Made by a program: the position numbers and the translations under genes
The notes under the pieces: model-generated
Databases searched by the model: none
Seen by the model: the letters and a program-made list of their open reading frames with translations, nothing else
Told to the model about the DNA's origin: nothing
Origin: an uncultured bacterium
Lineage (GTDB): Bacteria > Acidobacteriota > Thermoanaerobaculia > Multivoradales > JAHZIX01
Assembly (NCBI GenBank): GCA_965368975.1
Contig: CBDUPA010000006.1
Span: 222,511-286,510, forward strand
Length of the DNA: 64,000 bases
Reading direction: 5' to 3'
Shown: positions 39,100 to 47,999 of the stretch, piece after piece
Layout: each line of letters starts with the position of its first letter
How positions within the stretch are numbered: the first letter of the stretch is position 1

Positions 39100-40704
39100 A
39101 TGCGTTCCAAGACCCTCATCTCACTCTGTATCGCCTTCCTGGCTCTGTTGTTCCCTGCCGGTGCCGATGCTGCTTGCGGCGCCTGCGATGAGCCCGCGCC
39201 TGGGGAAATCTGCAGTATCTCGGTGGCAGGTATCTCTGGCTCGTCCAACGATGTGGTTGGCGGTCCCAAGTGCGTCAGAGTGGAGAATCTCAACCGCCTG
39301 GCCTTCGACATCCGGGTCGACAAGGAAACGGAACTCAAAGACCACCCTGACCTCTCTCAGGTGTTTCTCAATCCCGGAGCCCTGCTGAAGCAGCGGAAGG
39401 AAGTGGAAAAGGAGAAGGCCGAGCTGGATAAGAAGTCCACGGAGGCAAGGACGACCGGCGCGGAGACCGAGAGCAGGTTCCTGAATCTCCCTGCCCCGAG
39501 TTCCGGCATTCGAGGGGAGCCAGGCGAAGACCAGCCGCTGACATATCGCTTGGTAGAGCCGACCCAGATCGAGAGTTTCGTGGGGCAGTTCGAGGATCAG
39601 AATCGGGCTCTCGAGTACCAGGTTTGGGGCAGCCTCAATGATCTCTACGCTAGTTACTCGAAGCTCTCTCAAGAGGTCAGTACGAAGGCCGACGGAGTCA
39701 AGTCAGCCCTCGAGACGGTTGAGACTGCCCAGATCGAGATCGCTGAGCTTGTCAGGCAGAGTGACGGGCATCTTCAGCGCGGTGGGGCGGCAGAACTTCT
39801 GAAGGCGATGGACCCCGTGAAGACGAAAACCAGCTCGGCTATGGCCCACAGCTGGCCGGGGGATCTACAGAAGCTCCGGGAAGGCATCGAAGCTCTGCAA
39901 AGCACCGCGCGTGACCTCCGGCGGCCGATTCTTCGCTTTTGTGCATTGGGCCAGGAGGACGAGTGCTTTGATCGCTACGACAAGCTGGTTGAGGATCTTC
40001 TCCCATCACTGTTGACGACAGTCGACGGACTGGCAGAGGGAGGAGAAAAGCACAAGGTCTTCCAGGAAGGTCAGAAAGCGCTGACAATGTGGTTTGGGAT
40101 CATGGGCTCGTTGAACGAACAGAGCTTCCGAGCCGAACAGTGTGCCGACTGCGGCCCTCCGTTCTCCAAGCAGAAGACCCACACCATCAAGATGGTTCGC
40201 CTCGACCGCCTGAACAAGGATGCCAAACCCGAGACCTTCACGCTGGTGACCGTGGAATGTCCGCAGAGCTTCACCACCAGCTTCGGCTTCTCGATCGCCG
40301 GCCTCTCGGAGCGCAACTTCAAGTTCGTCGATGCCAAGGCGGATGATGGCTCGCTCGAGCAACAGATCGGCTTCGAACAGAAGTCCGATGAACAGGTCAA
40401 CGCCGTGCTGCTCCTGAATGCGCTCCTGGCATCGAACGACTGGGGCAGCTTCTACGCCAGCGTCGGTCCGACGTTGGAGCTGAACAACGCGGATTCCGGC
40501 GTCCATCTGGGCTTCGCCGCCGGTATCTCCTACGGCATCCGCGAGAACTGGCTCCTGACCTTGGGTGCCCAGATCGGCCGCGTGCGCGACCTTGCCGGAG
40601 GCTTCTCCCCGGGCGATGTGGTGCCGCAGGGGCTCAACGAGCCGCCCACCGAGGAAAGCTGGAAGACGAGCTGGGCCGTCATGTTCAGCTACAAGGTCAA
40701 CTAG
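39100..40704 (+). CDS. Secreted protein with a helical/coiled-coil middle and a beta-rich, outer-membrane-barrel-like C-terminus
   Basis: Signal peptide (ADA), several Cys pairs, alternating-pattern strands, and terminal WAVMFSYKVN. Confidence 0.75.
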   Translation: MRSKTLISLCIAFLALLFPAGADAACGACDEPAPGEICSISVAGISGSSNDVVGGPKCVRVENLNRLAFDIRVDKETELKDHPDLSQVFLNPGALLKQRKEVEKEKAELDKKSTEARTTGAETESRFLNLPAPSSGIRGEPGEDQPLTYRLVEPTQIESFVGQFEDQNRALEYQVWGSLNDLYASYSKLSQEVSTKADGVKSALETVETAQIEIAELVRQSDGHLQRGGAAELLKAMDPVKTKTSSAMAHSWPGDLQKLREGIEALQSTARDLRRPILRFCALGQEDECFDRYDKLVEDLLPSLLTTVDGLAEGGEKHKVFQEGQKALTMWFGIMGSLNEQSFRAEQCADCGPPFSKQKTHTIKMVRLDRLNKDAKPETFTLVTVECPQSFTTSFGFSIAGLSERNFKFVDAKADDGSLEQQIGFEQKSDEQVNAVLLLNALLASNDWGSFYASVGPTLELNNADSGVHLGFAAGISYGIRENWLLTLGAQIGRVRDLAGGFSPGDVVPQGLNEPPTEESWKTSWAVMFSYKVN

Positions 40705-40718
40705 TCACGCACTGCTGT

Positions 40719-40750
40719 CCGGCGCCCGGAACGGGGCGCCGGCTGCTTTT
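40719..40750 (+). terminator. Probable intrinsic terminator
   Basis: ccggcgccc / gggcgccgg stem followed by ctgctttt, just after the stop of 39100..40704. Confidence 0.5.
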
Positions 40751-40873
40751 CCCTGCCGCCCGCCGTGATCCATCGGCCGACCGGCTGACGCTTGGCCGTT
40801 TCCGTCACTTCAACTCTCCAATGGAGCAGCTCTCGCTGACATTGCTCCCCGCGCGGAGCAGAAAGGAATTGTC

Positions 40874-41764
40874 ATGCCTTTTACACTGGATGTGATTTTC
40901 ACTGGGCTTTGTGTCGCCGTCCACGACACGACCCATCAGAGACTCGATGTCCTGGTCATGGATGCCAGCAGCAACGCCCACCAGAACGAGGGGATGCGTC
41001 CTCATACGCCCTTCCTGGTGGCGGACATCGAGGATCGAGGGTTGGTCTCGAACGGCTTTACCAAAGTCGGGAAGCCCAAGCTCACGGCCACCGGTAGTCT
41101 GGTGCAGCGCTACACGCCCCCACGCAAGCGGTTCGTGTTCCACGGTGCCAGCAACGCGCTCGACCTGGAAGATACGCACTCGGCAGCTTTGGAGGCAGCC
41201 AATGCAAAGCTCCCAACTTCCGGTCAAGAATCGGACATCTACTGGCTCCTGCGGCTCGCCAAGCTCGGAGGGGGCTTCGCGCAGGTCAAGGCGGAGCACA
41301 TGAGCCCCAGCTCGAAGGTCCACTCGATTTACTCCTTCACCCACGGGGTCGCCGGCTGCTATTCGCTGGCCATGGACTCCAAGAGCAGCACGAGTCCGGT
41401 TGTCGCCTGGGATTTCGCCAAGGAAGCGATAGGTTCACCGGTCGTCCACACCCAGGCCATGGCAGACCGCTTGCGGGTGCACTTGGAGGTCTCCGGTGCA
41501 GAAGTCGACATCCGCTCCGAGGATTCGATGGAGGGGTTCAAGATCATTCCTCCCAAGTGGAAGACGACGACTACGATAGTCATCGGCAATGTCGACAACG
41601 ATCTCGCCGAGCGTGAGAACGAGAAAATACGCGACTTCCGCTGGTTCTACGAGCTGGTTGACATGCCGCCGGCTCTCTCGGATCGACCGATTCCCAAAGC
41701 TTCGGCGAGCCCCCCTTCCGGTTCCGGCGTCGTATGCCCGATTATCCGGATGGAAGCACCATGA
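40874..41764 (+). CDS. Hypothetical protein, paralog of 38085..39023
   Basis: AAAGGA RBS; IFTGLC, HTPFL, QAMADRLR, DFRWFYEL, CPIIR. Confidence 0.78.
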   Translation: MPFTLDVIFTGLCVAVHDTTHQRLDVLVMDASSNAHQNEGMRPHTPFLVADIEDRGLVSNGFTKVGKPKLTATGSLVQRYTPPRKRFVFHGASNALDLEDTHSAALEAANAKLPTSGQESDIYWLLRLAKLGGGFAQVKAEHMSPSSKVHSIYSFTHGVAGCYSLAMDSKSSTSPVVAWDFAKEAIGSPVVHTQAMADRLRVHLEVSGAEVDIRSEDSMEGFKIIPPKWKTTTTIVIGNVDNDLAERENEKIRDFRWFYELVDMPPALSDRPIPKASASPPSGSGVVCPIIRMEAP

Positions 41765-42651
41765 GCGGTACTACGAGACTTTCTGCGGTCAGCTCGCAGC
41801 GGGGTTCAAGAACCGTGTCGCGCTCCATCTTGCGCACGATCCGAGTCGTTCCCGAGCCGGATCCCAAGAATCCACGCTGCGGTTGTCTGGCGATCTCGCC
41901 GCTGTGCCGTCGCGAGTTTTCTTGTAAGGAGCTGCAACCCTATTGGGAGTCGATCGAAGCGCTTCATCCGAGTGTCTTGCACATCCAGGGGGAGGATCCC
42001 TGCACCGGTGCCGTGGTGGACCCGCAGGACTTCGACGTCGATCCGCCAGCGAATGGAAGGGTCTTCTACCTCCTGACGGCAGCGCACTGCGTATCCGGTG
42101 TCCGCGCGTGTGAGAGCTTCGATCCCAAGGCCTACGTCGGACGGAGTATCCAGACTGATGTTCGAGAGCAGGTGGGATCCTGTGAGGACCTGCGTTCTCA
42201 GATGCTCTTGCAGGGGAATGCCGTGATCAGGTACGTCGACTTCCAGCGGGACCTGCTCTTGTTGGAGGTACCGGCGAGCGGGTCTCGAGTTCCCACCGTA
42301 GTAACGGCCAAGATGGGAGGGCCTGAGCAGGCATTTCGGGGCTTCACGATTTCCTACCCAACCGACCCCGAGCCGTGCACCTTCTTGAGTGGTCTACTTC
42401 GCAGGGCCGCTTCAATGTTGTCCTTCTTTCGATCTGACCGTGACCCTGACCCGAGGGCACGGGTCACGGTCGTGGACTGCCATTGGGCCCAGAGAGCACT
42501 GTGCGGCCGGGCCGCGTGGAGAGGCACCGTGCAGGTCGGCTACCTGGGCGAGGGAAGTTCGGGTGCTCCGCTCTTCGACGGCGAAGGCAAGCTACGCGGC
42601 GTGTTGGTGGATATCGACTCGGACGACAGGCCGGTCTTCGCACCCTTGTAG
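41761..42651 (+). CDS. Trypsin-like serine protease
   Basis: LTAAHC (His), RDLLLL (Asp), GSSGAPLF (Ser); ATGA overlap with the previous gene. Confidence 0.82.
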   Translation: MSGTTRLSAVSSQRGSRTVSRSILRTIRVVPEPDPKNPRCGCLAISPLCRREFSCKELQPYWESIEALHPSVLHIQGEDPCTGAVVDPQDFDVDPPANGRVFYLLTAAHCVSGVRACESFDPKAYVGRSIQTDVREQVGSCEDLRSQMLLQGNAVIRYVDFQRDLLLLEVPASGSRVPTVVTAKMGGPEQAFRGFTISYPTDPEPCTFLSGLLRRAASMLSFFRSDRDPDPRARVTVVDCHWAQRALCGRAAWRGTVQVGYLGEGSSGAPLFDGEGKLRGVLVDIDSDDRPVFAPL

Positions 42652-43310
42652 TTCGGGGTGGTAAGCACAAGTCGTGAATGGCCGGAAACACGAAGGCGAC
42701 CGAGAGCGGTCCTGGGCATTCCGGGTGAGAGGTGAGCGGTAGAGAGGACAAGGCACTAATGAGTTACGTCGACTTCGTTACCATGACATAGCTCGACGCC
42801 CACGCCTCGAATCTCAGCTAGACGCGGAGAAGGCCTTCTTGGATCTGCCATATAGACTACTTGGACTGCTTCCGCAGGACTGGCGATCAGGCGACGCAGG
42901 AGGCTACTTCCGACCCTAAGCTCCCGCGCCAAACGCGAAGATCATCACGTTCGGTCTAGTAGAGCTAAGTATCCAGATCAGTGACTGTTGCTCGGTTCCC
43001 TTCGGGGTAACGGGGGCAGTCGCGAGGACGTGTTCACTGGCCAGTACTTCGCTCTTGGTCAGGTAGCTTCTGGATGCCACCACGTTCCGCGATATCGCTG
43101 GGCTACGAACTCTCGCTACGGTATCGGCCACCACAGCAAGGCCATCGGAGACTCTTCCGGACTTTCCCTTCATCCCAAGTCCCCCTCCCTCCGCGCAGCT
43201 TTTACCCCTCCCGCTGCTCTTACGGCCCCGACAATCCCCGCAGTGTTCCCCACAGAGGTAACCCGTCCCCGGCAACCAAGCCGAAACTGCGTTGCCCGAA
43301 GGAGAACACC

Positions 43311-43442
43311 ATGCTCAACCTCATCCCGATCCTCCCCTTCGACCCCCTCGGCCGCGGTGCCGCTCTCGACCCCAACGGCCGTGGTGCCGCACTCGATCCC
43401 AATGGCCGTGGTGCCGCGCTCGACCCCAACGGTTCACCGTGA
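43311..43442 (+). CDS. 43-aa repeat peptide MLNLIPILPFDPLG(RGAALDPNG)3SP
   Basis: AAGGAG RBS 6 nt upstream of the ATG; three 27-nt repeats differing only at synonymous third positions; a terminator follows directly. Confidence 0.85.
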   Translation: MLNLIPILPFDPLGRGAALDPNGRGAALDPNGRGAALDPNGSP

Positions 43443-43448
43443 CACTTG

Positions 43449-43475
43449 ACGCGCCGGTTCGCCGGCGCGTTTTTT
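43449..43475 (+). terminator. Intrinsic terminator after the peptide gene
   Basis: acgcgccgg-ttcg-ccggcgcgt followed by ttttt. Confidence 0.88.
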
Positions 43476-43552
43476 GCTTTTGCCACGCACCCCGGGATCC
43501 AGCTACACTCGAAGGCTAGTAAACTCTTGTGCCTTTGGAGGAGACTTTACCG

Positions 43553-44830
43553 ATGCACATCAGTAGGGAGATCCTGGAAGCCTTCGAGCGCGGGGCGATC
43601 CCGGCTCGCGAGCTGTTGGACTTGATGCGTGAGCACCTGCTCGAGCTGTGCCCGGAGTGTCGGGACGAGGCGCGGGTGTTTGCGGGGCAGAAGCACTTCC
43701 ACCGCTTCCTGACCATCCTACCGGCGTTGCAGGCGCGCTGGCGCCTGGCGCGGCAGGCGGAGGAGCGGGAGCAGGTGCTGGCCCAGAAGTGGATGGACGA
43801 GCTGCGGCGGTTGCCGGCCGCGGAGCAGCTGGGGCGGGTGGAGCGGGCGCGGACGCGGTTTCGCGGGGTGGCGGTGGCGCGGTTGATGCTGGACCAGGCC
43901 CGGGCCTCGACGCCGATGGACCCGGACGGCGAGCAGCGCTGGGCACAGATGGCGGAGCGGGCGTGCGTGCAGCGGCTCGACGAGGCGCCGGAGATCCTGG
44001 CGCTGGCGGCGGCGCACCAGGCGAATGCGTACCGGCTGCGCAATCGCGACGACCAGGCGCTGGCGTTCTTCGACATCGCGCACCACTTGCTCGGGTTCGT
44101 CACCGACCTGCCGACCATCGCGGAAATCCTCAGCTTGCAAGGGTCCTTGTTCATGGACCAGCGCCGGTTCGACCAGGCCGACGCGTGCTTCCGACGGGTG
44201 CTGCGGCTGCACCAGATCGTGCCGGACGAAGTGCAGCAGGGGCGGACGCTGGTGCAGCTGGGCAACAACCACTACTTCGCGGGGCAGTTCACCGCGGCGA
44301 TGGAGGCGACGCAGGCGGCGCTCCGGCACTTGAGCGAGGCGGACGGGTATCCGTACATCTGTGCGCGGCACAACCAGGTTCTGTACCTGGATGCGGCGGG
44401 GCATCACGTCGAGGCGATGGAACACTATCGCCAGCTGTTGCCCTTGCTGGCGCGCCAGAAAGAAGCACGGCTGCAGCTGGCGGGCAGCTGGCTGGCGGGC
44501 AAGATCGCTGGCGGACTGGGTCGCGACGTCGAGGCGGAGCAGTGGTTGCTGCAGACACGCCAGGAGTTCTTGGCGCGCGGTGACGGTTATGACGCGGCCC
44601 TGGTGGCCTTGGACCTGATGGCACTGTGGGAGCGGCAGCAGCGGGTGGGCGAGCTACAGCAACTGGTGGCCGAGACCCTGCCAGTGCTGCGCGGCTACAA
44701 GCTCGACCACGAGGCCAGCCAGGCGATCGAGGTGCTGCAGCGGGTCCTGGGGCGCGGGCGGGTGTCCATGGCGCTGCTGCGTGGACTGGCGCTGCAGCTG
44801 CATCACGCGCGTCGTCGGCTGCGACGTTGA
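43553..44830 (+). CDS. Soluble TPR protein with an N-terminal zinc-finger-like (H-x4-C-x2-C) segment
   Basis: GGAGGAG RBS before ATG 43553; HLLELCPEC; multiple TPR-like helix pairs; no TM or catalytic motif seen. Confidence 0.82.
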   Translation: MHISREILEAFERGAIPARELLDLMREHLLELCPECRDEARVFAGQKHFHRFLTILPALQARWRLARQAEEREQVLAQKWMDELRRLPAAEQLGRVERARTRFRGVAVARLMLDQARASTPMDPDGEQRWAQMAERACVQRLDEAPEILALAAAHQANAYRLRNRDDQALAFFDIAHHLLGFVTDLPTIAEILSLQGSLFMDQRRFDQADACFRRVLRLHQIVPDEVQQGRTLVQLGNNHYFAGQFTAAMEATQAALRHLSEADGYPYICARHNQVLYLDAAGHHVEAMEHYRQLLPLLARQKEARLQLAGSWLAGKIAGGLGRDVEAEQWLLQTRQEFLARGDGYDAALVALDLMALWERQQRVGELQQLVAETLPVLRGYKLDHEASQAIEVLQRVLGRGRVSMALLRGLALQLHHARRRLRR

Positions 44831-44877
44831 GCTGTCGGTGGTCGTGGCCATCGGAAATCGTGCGATCCAGATTCGAG

Positions 44878-44905
44878 GTGAGAGAACGGGGCGAGTGGCG
44901 GCAGT
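44878..44905 (+). promoter_or_regulatory. GTGAGAG-N17-CAGT putative ECF promoter
   Basis: gtgagag aacggggcgagtggcgg cagt, about 90 nt upstream of 44995. Confidence 0.55.
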
Positions 44906-44994
44906 CGGGAATAGACGGGCGAGCAATTTTGCTAGAATGCCATAGCTTGACGCCCAGTCGCCCGTCGCCATCGATCTGAACAGGGAGAAGACCC

Positions 44995-47937
44995 GTGCGC
45001 TATCACTCCGCCCTCGCCTCTATTCTGACCGCAGTCCTGCTGAGCTGTTTCTACATGACCTCCGCTCAAGCCCAGGCGATCCTCCGCGTACCGCAAGAAA
45101 TCGCGGGGCTGCAGCAGGCGATCAACAGCATTCCGAACGGCGGCATCATCGAGATCAGTGCTGGTACCTACCCGGCACCGGCGAACGGTTTCCGCATCCG
45201 CAACCTGAACAAGACCTTCACCATCCGGGCGGTTGGTGGCCAGGTGACGCTGGATGGCGAGGGCAGCAAGCCGATCCTGCGCATCGAGAATGGCCAGCGG
45301 GTCATCCTGCAGGGACTGTCCTTCCGCGACGGCGTCGGGACGTCCGAGACCGACGCGGGCGCGGTGACCATCGACGGCGCCGAGGTCAGCATCCTCGATT
45401 GCCAGTTCGACAACAACCGCACGCAGACGCCGACCACCGGCGGCGGTGCGGTGCGCATCTTCGAGGACTCGCTGGTGTCGATCGTCGACTCGCAATTCCG
45501 CGACAACTCGTCGAACAACCGGGGTGGGGCCGTGGCGGTCGGCTTCTCGGTCGCCTACATCCTGCGTTCTACCTTCGAGCGCAACCGCGTCAACCTGCCG
45601 GGGCATGCCAGCGGCTCGCCGGGTGGCGCGATCTACGTGCAGGACGGCAAGCTGCGGGTGTACGACTCGCACTTCGAGGACAACCAGGCCGGCTGGACCG
45701 GTGGCGCCATCTACGCGTTTGGCACCTGGAACAATCCGGTGACCGTGCCGGCCGCCGAGGTGTTGATCGTCAACTCTGAGTTCCGCGGCAACTTCGCGCT
45801 ATCGGATCCGGGCAGTCCGCCGCCGGGTGTGACGGTGGGTGGTGCGCTGCACGCCGAGGACCAGACGGCGATGCGCGTCTACCAAAGCCGTTTCTTCGAG
45901 AACTTTGCCGAGCGTGGTGGCGGTGCGGATGCGTACCGCGCGCTGCTCGAGATCCAGGATTCCGTGTTCCGCGGCAACTTCGCGACCAACCCCACCAGCG
46001 GTTCTGGCGGCACCCTGCACGCGGTGTCGTCGGACTTCAACGATCCCTCCACCAACTTCGGCGCCATCAACCGACCGCCGGCACAGCTGATTGTCCGCAA
46101 CACGCTGCTGCAGGGGCGCTTCGGAGCGACCGGCGTGGCCGCGGTCAACGGTGGCTGCCTGAGCGCTGCTGGCGACCAGACTCGCATGACGGGGGCGGGC
46201 GTGCCGGCGAATGGTAGCGCGGCCGACAATCGCGCCGTCGTGCGTCTGGACGGCGTCGTGTTCCACAACTGCGACGTCGAGCGACCGGCCGCCAGTGCCG
46301 GCGGATTTGGTGGCGGCGTGAACGTCAACCTGGTCAATCTGGCGATCGAGGACTCGCTGTTCCTGGAATGCGACGCGATGGGCCAAGGTAGTGCCGGCGG
46401 TGGCCTGGCGATGTTCAACGACAGCATCGTCAACCTGCAGCGCACGACCTTTGCCGACAACTCTTCCGAGCGCTTCGGCGGTGCCGTGCACGTGTCCGAC
46501 TCACGCTTCGACGTCACTGCCAGCGAGTTCTTCGGTAACGAGATCAGCCCCGGCGAGTCCGAGATCGTCAACCAGAGTCGGGGTGCTGCCATCTTCTCGA
46601 TTCCGACGCAGCGCGACGTCACCGGGTCGATCAGCAACAGCTTGTTCAGCAACAACATCGGCCTGCCCGTCTTCGAGGTCGACAACGACAATGGCCCGGT
46701 CAACGCGCTGCGTTACAACAACAACCGGTTCTTCAACAACACCTTCGGCAGCAAGGTGTTCACCAACATCCTGGTCGATCGCGCCGGCTCGACCGTGGCG
46801 CAGCTCAACGGCATGGTGGTCAACCGCGCCGGTGCCGGCAACAGCGACAAGAGCACCAGCAACAACACCGCGCTGGGCAGTGCGCCGGCGGAGGGCACGG
46901 TCCACGCCGTACCGTCGACGGTGCACACCGGCGACAGCGCCAAAGCGACGAATCCGTCCTTCCTGGCGAGTGCCTGGGCTCGCGGGACCGCGCGTCTCGA
47001 CGGTGTCACGCTCAACGGCTTCAGCGACCTGCGTTCGACCACCGCCACCGGCAACCACGCGCTGCAGATCGGGTCGAGCACCGTCGACAACCTGAACTTG
47101 TCCGCCAGCAGCTGCACCACCGGTGCTCTCCTGTGCCTCAACGGCGAGCGTTTCCGCGGCGACATCGCGTGGCAGGACTTCAGCCGGCGCAGCGGCCTGG
47201 GCAACGCCGAGCAACTGACCAACGACACCGGCTACTTCTGGTTCTTCCGCGACACCAACGTCGAGGTGGTGACCAAGGCGCTCAACGGCACCAACAACAA
47301 CGGTCACTACTGGTTGTTCGCTGGCGCGCTATCCAACGTCGAGTACAAGCTGACCGTGCTCGACGAAGTCACCGGTCGCGTGCAGGACTACTTCAACCCA
47401 CTGCGCAACTTCGCCAGCCTGGGCGACACCACCGCCTTTCCCGACGACCTCGAGCGGCCCGTGGCGCTGAGCCCGGCAGATGCTGATATCGAGGCCGAAC
47501 CGCGCTGGCGCACCGGCGTCCTCGCCATTCCGGCCGGCGGCCTGGACGGTGGCGAGAGTACGATTTCCGAAGGTACGCAGACGGCCGACAAGGCTGCGTG
47601 CAGCACCACGGACACGACCCTGTGCCTGAACCAGAACCGCTTCGAGATCACCGTCGAGTGGCGTGACTTCGGCAACCGCACCGGCGTTGGCAATGCCGTA
47701 CAGTTGACCAGCGACACCGGCTTCTTCTGGTTTTTCAAGGACACCAACGTCGAAGTCGTGATCAAGGTGCTCAACGGCACGAGCATCAACCAGCACTACT
47801 GGGTGTTCTACGGTGCGCTGTCGAACGTCGAATACACCATCCGCGTCACCGACACCGAGACCGGCTTCGTCAAGACGTACTTCAACCCGCTGCGCAACTT
47901 CGCCAGCGTCGGAGACACCACGGCGATTCCCGAGTGA
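44995..47937 (+). CDS. Secreted parallel beta-helix (F..N / GGA repeat) protein with two C-terminal ~100-aa domains
   Basis: Signal peptide; many F..N....GGA[I/V] repeats; duplicated DTG[Y/F]FWFF.DTNVEVV.K.LNG..N.HYW.F.GALSNVEY domain. Confidence 0.88.
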   Translation: MRYHSALASILTAVLLSCFYMTSAQAQAILRVPQEIAGLQQAINSIPNGGIIEISAGTYPAPANGFRIRNLNKTFTIRAVGGQVTLDGEGSKPILRIENGQRVILQGLSFRDGVGTSETDAGAVTIDGAEVSILDCQFDNNRTQTPTTGGGAVRIFEDSLVSIVDSQFRDNSSNNRGGAVAVGFSVAYILRSTFERNRVNLPGHASGSPGGAIYVQDGKLRVYDSHFEDNQAGWTGGAIYAFGTWNNPVTVPAAEVLIVNSEFRGNFALSDPGSPPPGVTVGGALHAEDQTAMRVYQSRFFENFAERGGGADAYRALLEIQDSVFRGNFATNPTSGSGGTLHAVSSDFNDPSTNFGAINRPPAQLIVRNTLLQGRFGATGVAAVNGGCLSAAGDQTRMTGAGVPANGSAADNRAVVRLDGVVFHNCDVERPAASAGGFGGGVNVNLVNLAIEDSLFLECDAMGQGSAGGGLAMFNDSIVNLQRTTFADNSSERFGGAVHVSDSRFDVTASEFFGNEISPGESEIVNQSRGAAIFSIPTQRDVTGSISNSLFSNNIGLPVFEVDNDNGPVNALRYNNNRFFNNTFGSKVFTNILVDRAGSTVAQLNGMVVNRAGAGNSDKSTSNNTALGSAPAEGTVHAVPSTVHTGDSAKATNPSFLASAWARGTARLDGVTLNGFSDLRSTTATGNHALQIGSSTVDNLNLSASSCTTGALLCLNGERFRGDIAWQDFSRRSGLGNAEQLTNDTGYFWFFRDTNVEVVTKALNGTNNNGHYWLFAGALSNVEYKLTVLDEVTGRVQDYFNPLRNFASLGDTTAFPDDLERPVALSPADADIEAEPRWRTGVLAIPAGGLDGGESTISEGTQTADKAACSTTDTTLCLNQNRFEITVEWRDFGNRTGVGNAVQLTSDTGFFWFFKDTNVEVVIKVLNGTSINQHYWVFYGALSNVEYTIRVTDTETGFVKTYFNPLRNFASVGDTTAIPE

Positions 47938-47999
47938 GGAACCTTTCGCAGGGTCGACTTCGTATACTGTTGCAGACCCCCCAACTCGGAGGTACTGCC

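Noticed and set aside
42725-42752. GTGAGAG-N17-CAAG as another regulon promoter
   Set aside because: The -10 box mismatches and no credible gene starts within about 150 nt; mentioned only as a weak hint.
43074-43310. The 122-aa version of the peptide ORF given in the track
   Set aside because: The strong RBS directly precedes ATG 43311, and the upstream extension has no RBS or coding signature.
43350-43430. 27-nt repeats as a CRISPR array
   Set aside because: The repeats are contiguous with no spacers, vary only at codon third positions, and there are no cas genes; this is a coding repeat.
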